This document shows positions 26,301-34,224 of a stretch of DNA of 42,926 bases, piece after piece; position 1 is the first letter of the stretch, and each line of letters starts with the position of its first letter. The notes beneath the pieces were generated by a model. That model was not told the DNA's origin. It saw only the letters and a list, made by a program, of their open reading frames with translations, and did no database searches. Source of the stretch: Polyangium sp. y55x31 (lineage in GTDB: Bacteria; Myxococcota_A; Polyangia; Polyangiales; Polyangiaceae); NCBI RefSeq assembly GCF_029946505.1, contig NZ_JARZHG010000009.1:1-42926 (forward strand). Reading direction: 5' to 3'. The position numbers and the translations under genes are program-made.

Positions 26301-27736
26301 GGAAACTCGAGCTCGCCGAAGTCGCCGCCCGAATCGAAGGCCGCGATCGAGGCGGCCGGGACGGTCGCGCCGGGATCGAGCTTGCGGTTCGCGTCGCCCC
26401 GGGACGCGGCCCCCGCAGGCGGCGGCAGCTCTTCGGGCGCGGGCAGGTCGAGCTCGCCGAAGGCGCCGAGATCGGGCGCCGGGAGATCGATCTCGCCGAA
26501 GTTGCCGAGGTCGGAGTCGGCGGAGACGGCGGGCAGGTCGAAGCTGCTGAGCGGTTTTCCGCGCAGCGCCGTCATCGCGCCGGAGGAGCGGTGCCGCGGG
26601 CCGGGCGCGGCCGGCGCGGGGAGATCGGCAGGCTCGTTCTTCGCGGGAGCGCGCGCGGGCGCGGGGAGATCGATCTCGCCAAACCCCTTCGCCGCAGGCG
26701 GCGCGGGGCGCGCAGCGGCGGGGCGCGCCGGCGCGGGGAGATCGATCTCGCCGAACCCCTTGGCCGCGGGCGCGGGGCGCGCGGGGGCGGGCAAATCGAG
26801 CTCGGGCGTGCTCTTCTTCGCGGGGCGCGCGGGGCTCGGCAGATCGATCTCCGGCGCGGGCGCGTTCTTCGCCGCGGGACGAGCGGGCGCGGCGAGGTTC
26901 TCTTCCGGCTTCGGCGGCGGCGGCTTCGGCGCGGCGGGGCGCGCGGGCGAGGGCAGATCGATCTCGCCGAACCCCTTCGCCGCGGGGCGCGCGGGCGCGG
27001 TCGGTTTGTCGTCCGGCTTCGGAGGACCAGGCTTCGCCGCGGCCGCGCGCGTGGGCGACGGCGACGGCGACGGTAGATCGACTTCGAGCGAGGCCGTCAC
27101 CGGGGTCGCCATCTGCCGGACCGTCGGCTTGTTCGAGGGTACGCCGGGGGGCAGCTCGATCGCCGCGAGCGCCGCGTCCTCCTCCTCTTCATCATCGAGG
27201 GGGAATTCGTTCACGACCGCGGCCATCTGCCGCACGGTCGGCTTCGCGGGCATGGGCAGGTCGACGAGCTCTTCCTCTTCGGCCGCGGGCAAGGCGGCCG
27301 GCATCTGCCGCACCGTCGCCTTCGCGGGCGAAGGAAGATCGATCTCGCCGAACCCCGGATCGTCATCACCGCCCCACAGATCGAGCTCCGTGGCTTCCGC
27401 GGGCTTCGGCGCGGGCGCAGCGGGCTTCGGGGCGGGCGCGGGCGCAGCAGGCTTGGGCTTCGCAGGGAGCACGGGCGGCTTCGGCGCGACCGGAGCGGCC
27501 GGCGCTTTGCCCAGCGCAGGGCGCGGCAGGAGCGGCTCGGTGCCACCTTTCGCGCGCGGCGCGACCGGCGAGGGGAGATCGATCTCCTCGGCCTCCGCCG
27601 GCTCCGCAGGTTTGCGGACCAAGAGGCTCGTGCCGCACTTCGAGCAGCGCATCTTGAGCCCCGTCGCCGGGATCCGTCGTTCCTCCACCTGGTACGGCGA
27701 CCTACAGGAGTCGCACTCGACCTTGACCATGCTCAT
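23375..27736 (-). CDS. MJ0042-type zinc-ribbon / Pro-Ala-rich repeat linker / single-TM / large TPR-repeat protein (~1453 aa). Its architecture resembles the myxobacterial GltJ(AgmX) class.
   Basis: Track ORF 23375..27781. Preferred start is MSMVKVECDSCRSPYQVEERRIPATGLKMRCSKCGTSL (CxxC…CxxC zinc ribbon at the extreme N-terminus). The ~600-aa linker carries 8 or more copies of GFGEIDLP[AS]PARPA and 3 copies of KPTVRQM. A TM helix follows (VYGIGAAVLIAIGGGALALLP), then ~800 aa of TPR-like repeats. Confidence 0.75.
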   Translation of the reverse strand: MSMVKVECDSCRSPYQVEERRIPATGLKMRCSKCGTSLLVRKPAEPAEAEEIDLPSPVAPRAKGGTEPLLPRPALGKAPAAPVAPKPPVLPAKPKPAAPAPAPKPAAPAPKPAEATELDLWGGDDDPGFGEIDLPSPAKATVRQMPAALPAAEEEELVDLPMPAKPTVRQMAAVVNEFPLDDEEEEDAALAAIELPPGVPSNKPTVRQMATPVTASLEVDLPSPSPSPTRAAAAKPGPPKPDDKPTAPARPAAKGFGEIDLPSPARPAAPKPPPPKPEENLAAPARPAAKNAPAPEIDLPSPARPAKKSTPELDLPAPARPAPAAKGFGEIDLPAPARPAAARPAPPAAKGFGEIDLPAPARAPAKNEPADLPAPAAPGPRHRSSGAMTALRGKPLSSFDLPAVSADSDLGNFGEIDLPAPDLGAFGELDLPAPEELPPPAGAASRGDANRKLDPGATVPAASIAAFDSGGDFGELEFPLASEPPPAPAASPASRPRAAASATAGFELDDAAFDAAFADPPPNKAAAAPKPATPAPPASTRAAAPVSKPGEEFSLGEPDMDLSTGAPISTGAATQRADVPAAAAPRAPAPPPEDDAGIGDEVDLAPGESEGLDTALAKRDRSPKSLARPAGEKRPRGRGRVYGIGAAVLIAIGGGALALLPDIGPFGAHAVSDLVNASAHAEALSGLEKNTQATLDEDTAAAAARALAAAKAAQLSRPRHRATAAYAAYVAFSRSVRHGRRGDDETLGKQLLGQTESPSRERTLAVAAQHALAGRLDPARRMAKDALDADANDIDAAVLIGEIELASGATADALVAWKRAVSIRKGARSLYGLARAELAKGDAASAEKSARAALEASPKHAGARTLLASILGRDPAKETDALDLLGKVTAEGDIRASASERELVEAYLETGRIHLARSRITAAEQAFAAALKIDPRSGAALIGDGELFYRSSRFSQSLLRFEEAMRVDETSFPARIGATKTLLALERLKDAKALAEKLRADKPDAAASAYWLGRVEDALGNKKEAEALYLQAIKLGGTQTEAVEAYVALASLLSAAGRNDEAQAKLAEASAKFPDLPALHRAKGEVFSQAGRYPEARTEFEAALAKEDDLGTRFRLGVTLRRMGAFEESQKVFDQIATVDKEFPGLSLERGLLYEETGQSERALEMYAAALEKAPTDIDLKMRVGSAQVMAGHAAQAEPILREVLKERAGSADANHFLGRALLLKGGSSAAGEAIRFLERATEIDGNRAEYFLYVGWAANVLGQFPKAEAALKRALELDRELADAYWQRGVLLHKQGRTLDALADLEIALQKRPSRHEAHATMALCYQELGRWPEAQTAWQKAIAGNGSVAEWHYRLGKIFESNGNKLAATPELDKAVELLLQKNGPAESWHADAYFLHGEAMRATGQKDKAVKSYLRFKEVAAMDNAYRTDVERALVSLGQGQGGAPPRPNP

Positions 27737-27920
27737 GCCTTCGAGGGGCCCTGGGGCGCGCGATCGTTCCGCGTTGCTCACTTCTACCAGGGTTTGAGGC
27801 TTCGCGGCTCTTTTGCGACACGAGGGGGGCGGCGAACGCGGGCCGAGCAGGCAGCCGAGCAGCGCGGATTCGTCCTCTCGCTTCCGCTGGGCCGGGGAAA
27901 TGTGCTAACGCGCTCGCCCC

Positions 27921-28511
27921 ATGCAGAAAGCGACCGCCTTCCTCTTCGCTGCGTTGGTCCTCGGGGCCATCGCGCTCGTCGTCGTTCCGCGCGGTCGCAG
28001 CGGAAGTTCGTCCACGGAGACGGCGGCAGCAGACGCAGGCACGCCGAGCGACGCAGGCGCAGCGACGACGGCGGACGCAGGCGCGGAGCCCTCGGACGCA
28101 GGCGCGAGCGGCGAGCCCGGCAGTGAACCGGAGCCCGGAGGTCCGGTCGACGCGGGCGGGACGTTGCTCCTCACGGGCGAGGCGCCGCCGCCACTCGCGG
28201 GCGAGGCGCCGAAGTCGGTCGTGTTCGGGGTGATCCTCGTGCAGTACAAGGGCGCGCAGGGCGCTCTGCCGAACGCGCGGCCCCGCGAGGAGGCGCTGAC
28301 GCTGGCGAAGCAGCTCGCCGAGGAGGCGAAGACGGACTTCAAGGCGGCGGTGGCGAAGGGCGACAAGGGCTCGATGGAGAACGCGGGGCGACTGCCGCGC
28401 GGAATTTTGGAGCCTGCGCCGGAGTATGTTCTCTTCAGCCTGGCCAAGGGCGCGGTGAGCGAGGTCGTCGACACGCCGCGCGGCTACTGGATCGTGCAGC
28501 GTATCGAGTAG
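27921..28511 (+). CDS. Parvulin-type (PpiC) peptidyl-prolyl cis-trans isomerase domain protein with an N-terminal signal/TM anchor, 196 aa.
   Basis: Track ORF with an ATG start. The C-terminal half (GVILVQYKGAQGA…EEALTLAKQL…SMENAGRLPRG…PEYVLFSLAKGAVSEVVDTPRGYWIVQRIE) follows the parvulin rotamase motif order (HILV … GG.LG.F.RG.M…F…GE.S.PV.T.FGYHII). Confidence 0.6.
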   Translation: MQKATAFLFAALVLGAIALVVVPRGRSGSSSTETAAADAGTPSDAGAATTADAGAEPSDAGASGEPGSEPEPGGPVDAGGTLLLTGEAPPPLAGEAPKSVVFGVILVQYKGAQGALPNARPREEALTLAKQLAEEAKTDFKAAVAKGDKGSMENAGRLPRGILEPAPEYVLFSLAKGAVSEVVDTPRGYWIVQRIE

Positions 28512-28536
28512 GCACGAAGCGAAGGGGACGGACGCG

Positions 28537-28833
28537 ATGGCGCAGATCGACATCCAGAGGCCCCACGGCATGAGCGAGGACGCAGCGCGGCGTCGCGCCG
28601 AGGATCTGGCGAGGCGCCTGGAACAACGCCGCGGGGTGCGCTGGCGCTGGGAAGGCGACGAGCTGCGTCTCGACGCACCGAGCGGTCCGGCAAAAGGGAC
28701 GCGGGGGTCGGTGCGCGTGACCGCAGAGGCCGTACGGATCCGGGTGGAGCTGCCGCTCTTGCTGCGCGCGATGCGCCCCGTGGTCGAGTCGAAGCTGCAC
28801 GAGAAGCTCGACGCGATGCTCGGCAAGGCCTGA
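28537..28833 (+). CDS. Polyhydroxyalkanoic-acid-system family small protein (PHA_gran_rgn-like DUF), 98 aa.
   Basis: Track ORF; MAQIDIQRPHGMSEDAARRRAEDLARRLEQRRGVRWRWEGDELRLDAPSGPAKGTRGSVRVTAEAVRIRVELP resembles that family. GAAGGGGA lies 8 nt upstream. Confidence 0.5.
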   Translation: MAQIDIQRPHGMSEDAARRRAEDLARRLEQRRGVRWRWEGDELRLDAPSGPAKGTRGSVRVTAEAVRIRVELPLLLRAMRPVVESKLHEKLDAMLGKA

Positions 28834-28843
28834 GGGCGTCGCG

Positions 28844-28860
28844 CCGGGGTTTCACCCCGG
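28844..28860 (+). terminator. Stem-loop CCGGGGT-ttc-ACCCCGG 10 nt after the stop of the PPIase/PHA gene pair. Candidate intrinsic terminator (GC stem, no U-tract).
   Basis: Seen in the sequence. Confidence 0.4.
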
Positions 28861-28867
28861 ACCCCGA

Positions 28868-29330
28868 CCAGGGGTTGTCCACCCCTGGACCCGGACCAGC
28901 GCAAGCGCTGGACTCGGGGTTGATGAACTGCGCGGTGCGCAGTTCATCAAACAGCCGGTGGCAAGACCGGCGACGACCCTGCCAGCCACGACGGCAGCGC
29001 GGCTCGACAGGCCACACCCCGTCGCCGCGTGAGACGAACCCTCGCGGTCTTGCCACGGGCCCGTCGGAGAAACTGCGCATCGCGCAGTTTCTCCGCCTTC
29101 GGTCCAGGCCGTGCCTGGTCCGGGGTGCAGGGGGCGGACAGCCCCCTGCTGGGGTACGGGGCAAAGCCCCGCTCCGCGCCTCCCTGTGGAACCCCTGAGC
29201 GAGCGAGCAGGCGAAGCTGGGGCATGGGGGCGCGGGCGGGGCCCTTGCCCACGATCGGGGTGGCCGTGGCGAACGCGTGCCGCGGGGGAATGGCCGCGCG
29301 TCGCGGCATGGTGTGGGATCGTCGCGATCC
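28868..29330. repeat. Cluster of 8-10 perfect GC-rich palindromes/hairpins in the ~550-nt leader upstream of the giant TPR gene pair. It includes two covarying long palindromes: TTGATGAACTGCGC-ggt-GCGCAGTTCATCAA (28920..28950) and GAGAAACTGCGC-atc-GCGCAGTTTCTC (29067..29093).
   Basis: Seen in the sequence. Further hairpins: CCAGGGG-N7-CCCCTGG (28868..28888), CCAGCGC-aa-GCGCTGG (28896..28911), CCAGGC-cgt-GCCTGG (29104..29118), CAGGGGGC-ggaca-GCCCCCTG (29128..29148), GGGGC-aaa-GCCCC (29157..29170), GCCGCG-cgt-CGCGGC (29293..29307), GGATCG-tcg-CGATCC (29316..29330). Confidence 0.6.
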
Positions 29331-29389
29331 GTCGCGAGCACGCTTTACTCCCGACGCACCGTTTGGCTAGTCTCCCCACGCAGCATGCA

Positions 29390-32300
29390 ATGGACCAGAA
29401 ACCCGTCTCCGCGGGAGGCGCGTCGAGCCCAATGACGGTAGAGACACCCATGCCCACGGGGCAGGCCGAGGATGCGGCGGCCTTCCTCAATCGTTTACGG
29501 TCCGAGCACGCCGCGCAGGAGGACAACGCGCTCCAAGCGCTGCTCCTGCACGAGTGCGGCGTCCTCGAAGAGAAGCACGGGGAGGAGCCGTCCGCCGCGC
29601 GGGACTACCTCGCCGCCTTCAACGCGGATCCGCAGAACCGCGAGTCGCTCGAGGCCCTCGTCCGGATCTTGACCCGACGCAAGTCCATCAAGAACCTCGG
29701 AAAACTGCTCGAAGCGCTGACACGCGCCTCCGTGACCCCGGAGGAGCGCGCTCGCGCGTTCTGGGAGCGCGCTGCGTTCCTGCAGGACTACGAGCAGAAT
29801 CTTCCGGGCGCAAAAGAAGCGCTCGAAGAGGCTGTCGGCGCGAGCCCCGAGGACCCGACGCCGTGGCTCGAGCTCGAGCTCATCGCGGCGAAGGACGGTG
29901 ATCTGCCTGGCCGCATGCGCGCCATCGAAGCGCGCGCCGAGCTCGCCTCCGATCCGACGTGGAAGGCGTTCCTGTTCATCGAGCTTGCGGAGCTGTCGGC
30001 CAAGGCTGGCGACACGCAGCGCGCGTACGATCTGATCGACGCCGCCGCCGCGCTGGATGGTCAGGGCCGTTTCCGGTCGCAGGTGACGCTCGAAGCGATC
30101 GCGGCGCGGGAGGACAACACGACGGCGCTCGCGCGGGCCCTCGAAGGTCAAGCGCAGCTCATCGAGGACGCCCTCGAGGACGCAGAGCGCGGCGACGCGA
30201 GCGGCGTGCCTCGCTACGCGCGGCGCCCCGAGTACGCGGCCGACGCGTGGCTGCGCGCGGCAGAGCTGAAGCGGCGCGCGGGTGATCAAGAAGGCTGGGT
30301 GAAGCTCCTCGCGCGGGCTGCCGAGCAGCTCCCGCAATCGTCGCTCATCGCGCGGTCGCGGCTCGCCTCGCTGGAGACGAACGGCGACGCGAAGGGCGCG
30401 GCCGATCTCGCGCGGGCCGAGCTTGCGCGCGGCACGCCGGGCCCGGCTGCGGCGGCGCTCTGGCTGCGCATCGCCGAGGCGGCGATGCTCGACAACGATC
30501 GGGACGGCGCGCTCGCCGCGCTGCGCAGCGCGCTCGAAGCGGACCCGGCGTCGATCATGGCGCGTGCGCTCGAGCTCGATCTGCTGAGCGACGCGCAGGA
30601 TCCGGCGGCGCTCGCGCGATCGCTCGAAGCCTCCGGCGCGTCGTGCCCGACGAACGAGGCGAGGGCGCGCGCGGAGATCATCGCGGCCTACGTGTGGGCT
30701 TGCCAGGCCGGTGAGTCGGACGCCGCGAAGGCGGCGCTCGGCCGGGCCGCGGCGCTCGGCACGCCGGCGCCGCTCCTCGCGCGGATCGCCCGCACCCTCG
30801 CCTCCGTCCGCGGCGACGCGGCGTGGTACGAGCAGGTGACGGCGGAGCTCGTGGGCAGCGGCGCGGAGCCGGGCGAAGAGGCGAGCCTCTGGTTCGAGCT
30901 CGGCCGGAGCCGCGCGCTCCGGGGCGACGCGGATGGCGCGGCCGAGGCGTTCGCGAAGCTCGCGACGCTCGAAGGCGACGCTTCGACGTGGCTCGGCCGC
31001 GTGCTCGCGGCGTATGCGCTCGGCGCGAAGAAGCCGGCGGACGGCGAGGTGATCACGTTCCGCCCGATCGCGGCGACGATCGAGGAGCTCGCGAAGGTCG
31101 AGACGGACCCGAGCCTCGCGCGTGGCCTCTGGGTGGTCGCTGCGCTGCGCAGCACGCGCGCGGGCAACCTCGATGCGGCGCGCGCGCGGCTGCGCGAGCT
31201 GCACGAGGCGCAGCCGTCGGACGAGGTGGTGGCGCTCTTCCTCGCGGACCTCGAGCGTCGCGCAGGGGACCTCGCGGCCGCGTCGAACATCCTGTCGGCG
31301 TGCGCGACGGCGACCGAGGACATCGACCTCGGCGCCGCGCTCTACCTGGAAGCTGCGCTTCTCACGTGGCGGATCGGCGATCGGCAGAAGACGATCGAGC
31401 TCATCGAGCAGGCGCGCGGCAGCGCGTCGAAGGCGGCTGCGGCGCTGCTCGCGTGGGCGCTGCGCGGGGCTGATCCCGACAGCCTCGACGGTCGTCGCCG
31501 CGCGCTGCTCACGGCGGCGGAGGCGGGCGCGGATCCGGCGAGCATCGCGATCGAGCGCTTCGGCCTGGAGGTGGGTCAGGGCGAGGCGGGCGATCGCGCC
31601 GAGGCGCTCACGGCGCTGGAGACGGCCGAGGCCGAGGGCTCGGGCGACATCACGGTCGCTGCGGGGCTCGCGCGCTTGACGTGGCCCGACGCGCAGAGTG
31701 ATCGGGCGGCGATCGATCGCGCGCTCGATCGTCTGGAAGACCAGGGCGACGAGGCGACGGCGATCGCCCGCGCCGAGGCGTACCGGCTCGCGCGCGTGGT
31801 CGATCAGGACCCGGGCGCGGCGGTGACACGCGCGGCGGCCTGGGCGGACGCGGAGCCGAAGCTCTACGCCGCGCTCGAGTGGCTCGGGTCGGCGCTCGCC
31901 GCGAAGGATCGCGAGGCCGAGGTGGCCGCGCGACAGGCGGTGGGTTCGTTCCTCGACGACGAGCCGTGGTCGGCGATGGATGCGTCGGCCGCGCTCGTGG
32001 CGATGCTGGATCAGCCGAGCACGCCGCAGCCCTTGCTCGCGGGGACGTCGGATGCGACGCGCCTCGCGAACCTGGAGCTCGCGATGCCCGGCTGCGATCC
32101 GCGCCGCCGCGCCTTCGCCCTGCAGAACGTGGGCGGGGCGCTCGGCGAGGAGGCGGGCAGCGACGCGTCGGCGCTCTCCGGCTGGTCGGAGCTCGCGGCG
32201 GGCAACGTGGAGGCGGCGCTCGCCACCTTCCGCGCGGCCGTCGAGCGTCGCCAGGACGACATCGTGTCGTGGGAGGGCGTGCGCGCGGCGAGTGAGGCGC

Positions 32301-34192
32301 TCGGCGACCACGTCTCCACGGCGCTCGCGCTCGCGCAGCTCGGCGCCCTCAGCAAGGACGACGCGCGCGGCGCGGCGTTCTGGGAGTCCGCGGGCATCAT
32401 CCTGCTCGATCACACCGACGCGCACGACGACGCGGAGATCGCGTTCGCGCGGGCGTTCGATCGGGATCCGAGCCGGTCGGTCGCCTTCGACAAACTCTTC
32501 CGCCGCGTACGTTCGCGCAACGAGGACGACAAGCTGCTCGACATCATCGGGCGCCGCCTCGACGTGGCCGACGACGAGGCGGAGATCGGCAAGCTCTTCT
32601 GGGAGCGCGCGCGCGTGCTCCGCAAGAAGGGTGATCGCGAGGGCGCGCTCTCGGCGCTCGAGAACGTCACGATGCTCGAGCCCGATCACGTCGGCGCGCT
32701 CGCGCTCGCCGGCGAGATCTCGATCACGATGGGCAAGTTCGCCGAGGCGGCGGACCTCCTCGGCCGGCTCTCGGGCATCGGCGAGGCGCCGGCGCAGCAG
32801 CGGCTGATGTCCGGCGTCGCGGCGGTGGACATCTACGAGAACAAGCTGAACGCCCCGGAGAAGGCGCTCAAGGTGCTCGTGGGTCTCCACGAGGCCGGCC
32901 TGTCCACGCCGCCCGTGCGCGAGCGCCTCGCGCGCGTCGCGGCGAAGACGGGCGCGTGGTCGCGCGCGACGGGGATCCTCGAGCAGCTCATGCAGGAGCG
33001 TGACAAGCGCGAGGGTCGCATGGAGGCCGCGCGGCTCGCGATGGCCATCTGGCGCGACAAGCTGAACGATCCGCTCAAGGCCGAGAGCTCGGTCGTGAAG
33101 CTGCTCGACGAGTCGCCGGACGACGGCGAGGCGCTCGATCTCGTGCTGACCACGAGCTACGACGCGGCGCTCCGGCAGCGCTTGCTCGGGCGCGCGAAGA
33201 GCGTGCTCGTGCAGAAGCTCTCCGAGGATCCGTGCGACGCCGACCGCGTCGAGCGGCTCGCGAAGATCGCGCAGGCAGGGCAGGACGCGGCGCTCCGGCA
33301 GGCGACGCTCGGCTGCCTCGTCTCGCTCGGTCGCGACGACGACGCGATCTCGACGGAGCTCAAACGGATCGACGGTCGCGTCGCGACGCGGCCGCAGATC
33401 GTGCTCGACGCGAAGGCCATGGCCGAGATCGCCGATCCGGAGGACAACGGCCCGATCGCGGAGCTCTTCGTGCTCATGGCCGAGACGGTGACGCTCGCGC
33501 TCGGCCCGACGCTCGGCTCGCTGAACGTCGGCAAGAAGGAGCGCATCGACTCGCGCGGCGGCCACCCGCTGCGCGTAGCGGTCGCCGAGTGGATGGGCGC
33601 GGTGGGCTTCGAGGGCGACTTCGAGCTCTACGTGGGCGGCCCCGAGCCGAAGGGCGTGCACGGCGTCGCCGGCGAGGTGCCCGCGATCGTCGTCGGGTCC
33701 GGGATCACGACGCCGCTCGACGCGGCGGCGCGCTCGGCCATCGCGCGCACGGTCTTCGCCCTGCGGCGCGGGATCACCTCGCTCCGCACGCGCGACGAGG
33801 CCACGGTCGCGTCCGTGGTCATCGCGGCGTGCAACGAGGTCGACATCAAGGTCGCGAACCCCGGCTACGCGGTCTACGGCGAGATCCAGCGCGCGGTGCA
33901 CAAGGAGATCTCGCGCAAGATCCGCAAGAGCATCGGCGAGGTTTGCCAGAAGGTCGTTTCGAGCAAGCAGGACGCGCGCGCGTGGACGAACGCGGCGCGT
34001 CGCAGCCTGGATCGCATGTCGGTGATCGCCGCCGGCGACGTCTCGATCGTACTGAGCGACATCCTGAGCGTGCCGCGAGATCAGCTCGGCTCGGTGGTCA
34101 CCGAGAGCGAGCGCTCGCGCCGCCTTCTCTCGTTCGTGCTTTCCCCCAGCTACCTCGAGCTGCGCAAGAAGCTCGGCATGGGTGTCCGGTGA
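29390..34192 (+). CDS. Giant TPR-like / alpha-helical repeat protein A (1600 aa) with a conserved C-terminal globular domain. Function unknown.
   Basis: M94 (MDQKPVSAGGASSPMTVETPMPTGQAEDAAAFLNRL) of track ORF 29111..34192. The upstream 93 codons lie in the palindrome leader and are not coding. Long TPR-like helical hairpins (…LFWERARVLRKKGDREGALSALENVTMLEPDHVGALALAGEISITMGKFAEA…). Confidence 0.7.
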   Translation: MDQKPVSAGGASSPMTVETPMPTGQAEDAAAFLNRLRSEHAAQEDNALQALLLHECGVLEEKHGEEPSAARDYLAAFNADPQNRESLEALVRILTRRKSIKNLGKLLEALTRASVTPEERARAFWERAAFLQDYEQNLPGAKEALEEAVGASPEDPTPWLELELIAAKDGDLPGRMRAIEARAELASDPTWKAFLFIELAELSAKAGDTQRAYDLIDAAAALDGQGRFRSQVTLEAIAAREDNTTALARALEGQAQLIEDALEDAERGDASGVPRYARRPEYAADAWLRAAELKRRAGDQEGWVKLLARAAEQLPQSSLIARSRLASLETNGDAKGAADLARAELARGTPGPAAAALWLRIAEAAMLDNDRDGALAALRSALEADPASIMARALELDLLSDAQDPAALARSLEASGASCPTNEARARAEIIAAYVWACQAGESDAAKAALGRAAALGTPAPLLARIARTLASVRGDAAWYEQVTAELVGSGAEPGEEASLWFELGRSRALRGDADGAAEAFAKLATLEGDASTWLGRVLAAYALGAKKPADGEVITFRPIAATIEELAKVETDPSLARGLWVVAALRSTRAGNLDAARARLRELHEAQPSDEVVALFLADLERRAGDLAAASNILSACATATEDIDLGAALYLEAALLTWRIGDRQKTIELIEQARGSASKAAAALLAWALRGADPDSLDGRRRALLTAAEAGADPASIAIERFGLEVGQGEAGDRAEALTALETAEAEGSGDITVAAGLARLTWPDAQSDRAAIDRALDRLEDQGDEATAIARAEAYRLARVVDQDPGAAVTRAAAWADAEPKLYAALEWLGSALAAKDREAEVAARQAVGSFLDDEPWSAMDASAALVAMLDQPSTPQPLLAGTSDATRLANLELAMPGCDPRRRAFALQNVGGALGEEAGSDASALSGWSELAAGNVEAALATFRAAVERRQDDIVSWEGVRAASEALGDHVSTALALAQLGALSKDDARGAAFWESAGIILLDHTDAHDDAEIAFARAFDRDPSRSVAFDKLFRRVRSRNEDDKLLDIIGRRLDVADDEAEIGKLFWERARVLRKKGDREGALSALENVTMLEPDHVGALALAGEISITMGKFAEAADLLGRLSGIGEAPAQQRLMSGVAAVDIYENKLNAPEKALKVLVGLHEAGLSTPPVRERLARVAAKTGAWSRATGILEQLMQERDKREGRMEAARLAMAIWRDKLNDPLKAESSVVKLLDESPDDGEALDLVLTTSYDAALRQRLLGRAKSVLVQKLSEDPCDADRVERLAKIAQAGQDAALRQATLGCLVSLGRDDDAISTELKRIDGRVATRPQIVLDAKAMAEIADPEDNGPIAELFVLMAETVTLALGPTLGSLNVGKKERIDSRGGHPLRVAVAEWMGAVGFEGDFELYVGGPEPKGVHGVAGEVPAIVVGSGITTPLDAAARSAIARTVFALRRGITSLRTRDEATVASVVIAACNEVDIKVANPGYAVYGEIQRAVHKEISRKIRKSIGEVCQKVVSSKQDARAWTNAARRSLDRMSVIAAGDVSIVLSDILSVPRDQLGSVVTESERSRRLLSFVLSPSYLELRKKLGMGVR

Positions 34193-34224
34193 GCCACGAC
34201 TCTGGAGCAAAGGATCAAGGTCCC

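Noticed and set aside
23513-27797. Long + strand ORFs 23513..27076 and 25263..27797 antisense to the ZnR-TPR gene
   Set aside because: Gly/Arg/Ala-rich shadow frames. The sense frame carries a zinc ribbon, a TM helix and TPRs.
27702-28904. 400-aa minus-strand ORF across the divergent promoter and PPIase/PHA genes
   Set aside because: Arg/Ser-rich with no motifs. It overlaps two + strand genes that have recognisable domains and good start contexts.
28852-29370. Small ORFs inside the palindrome-rich leader (28875..29198 +, 28947..29309 -, 29029..29370 +, 28852..29526 -), and the first 93 codons of track ORF 29111..34192
   Set aside because: They are composed of hairpin arms read as protein (Arg/Pro/Gly-rich) with no RBS. 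The true start of the giant gene is the ATG at 29390 after the structured leader.
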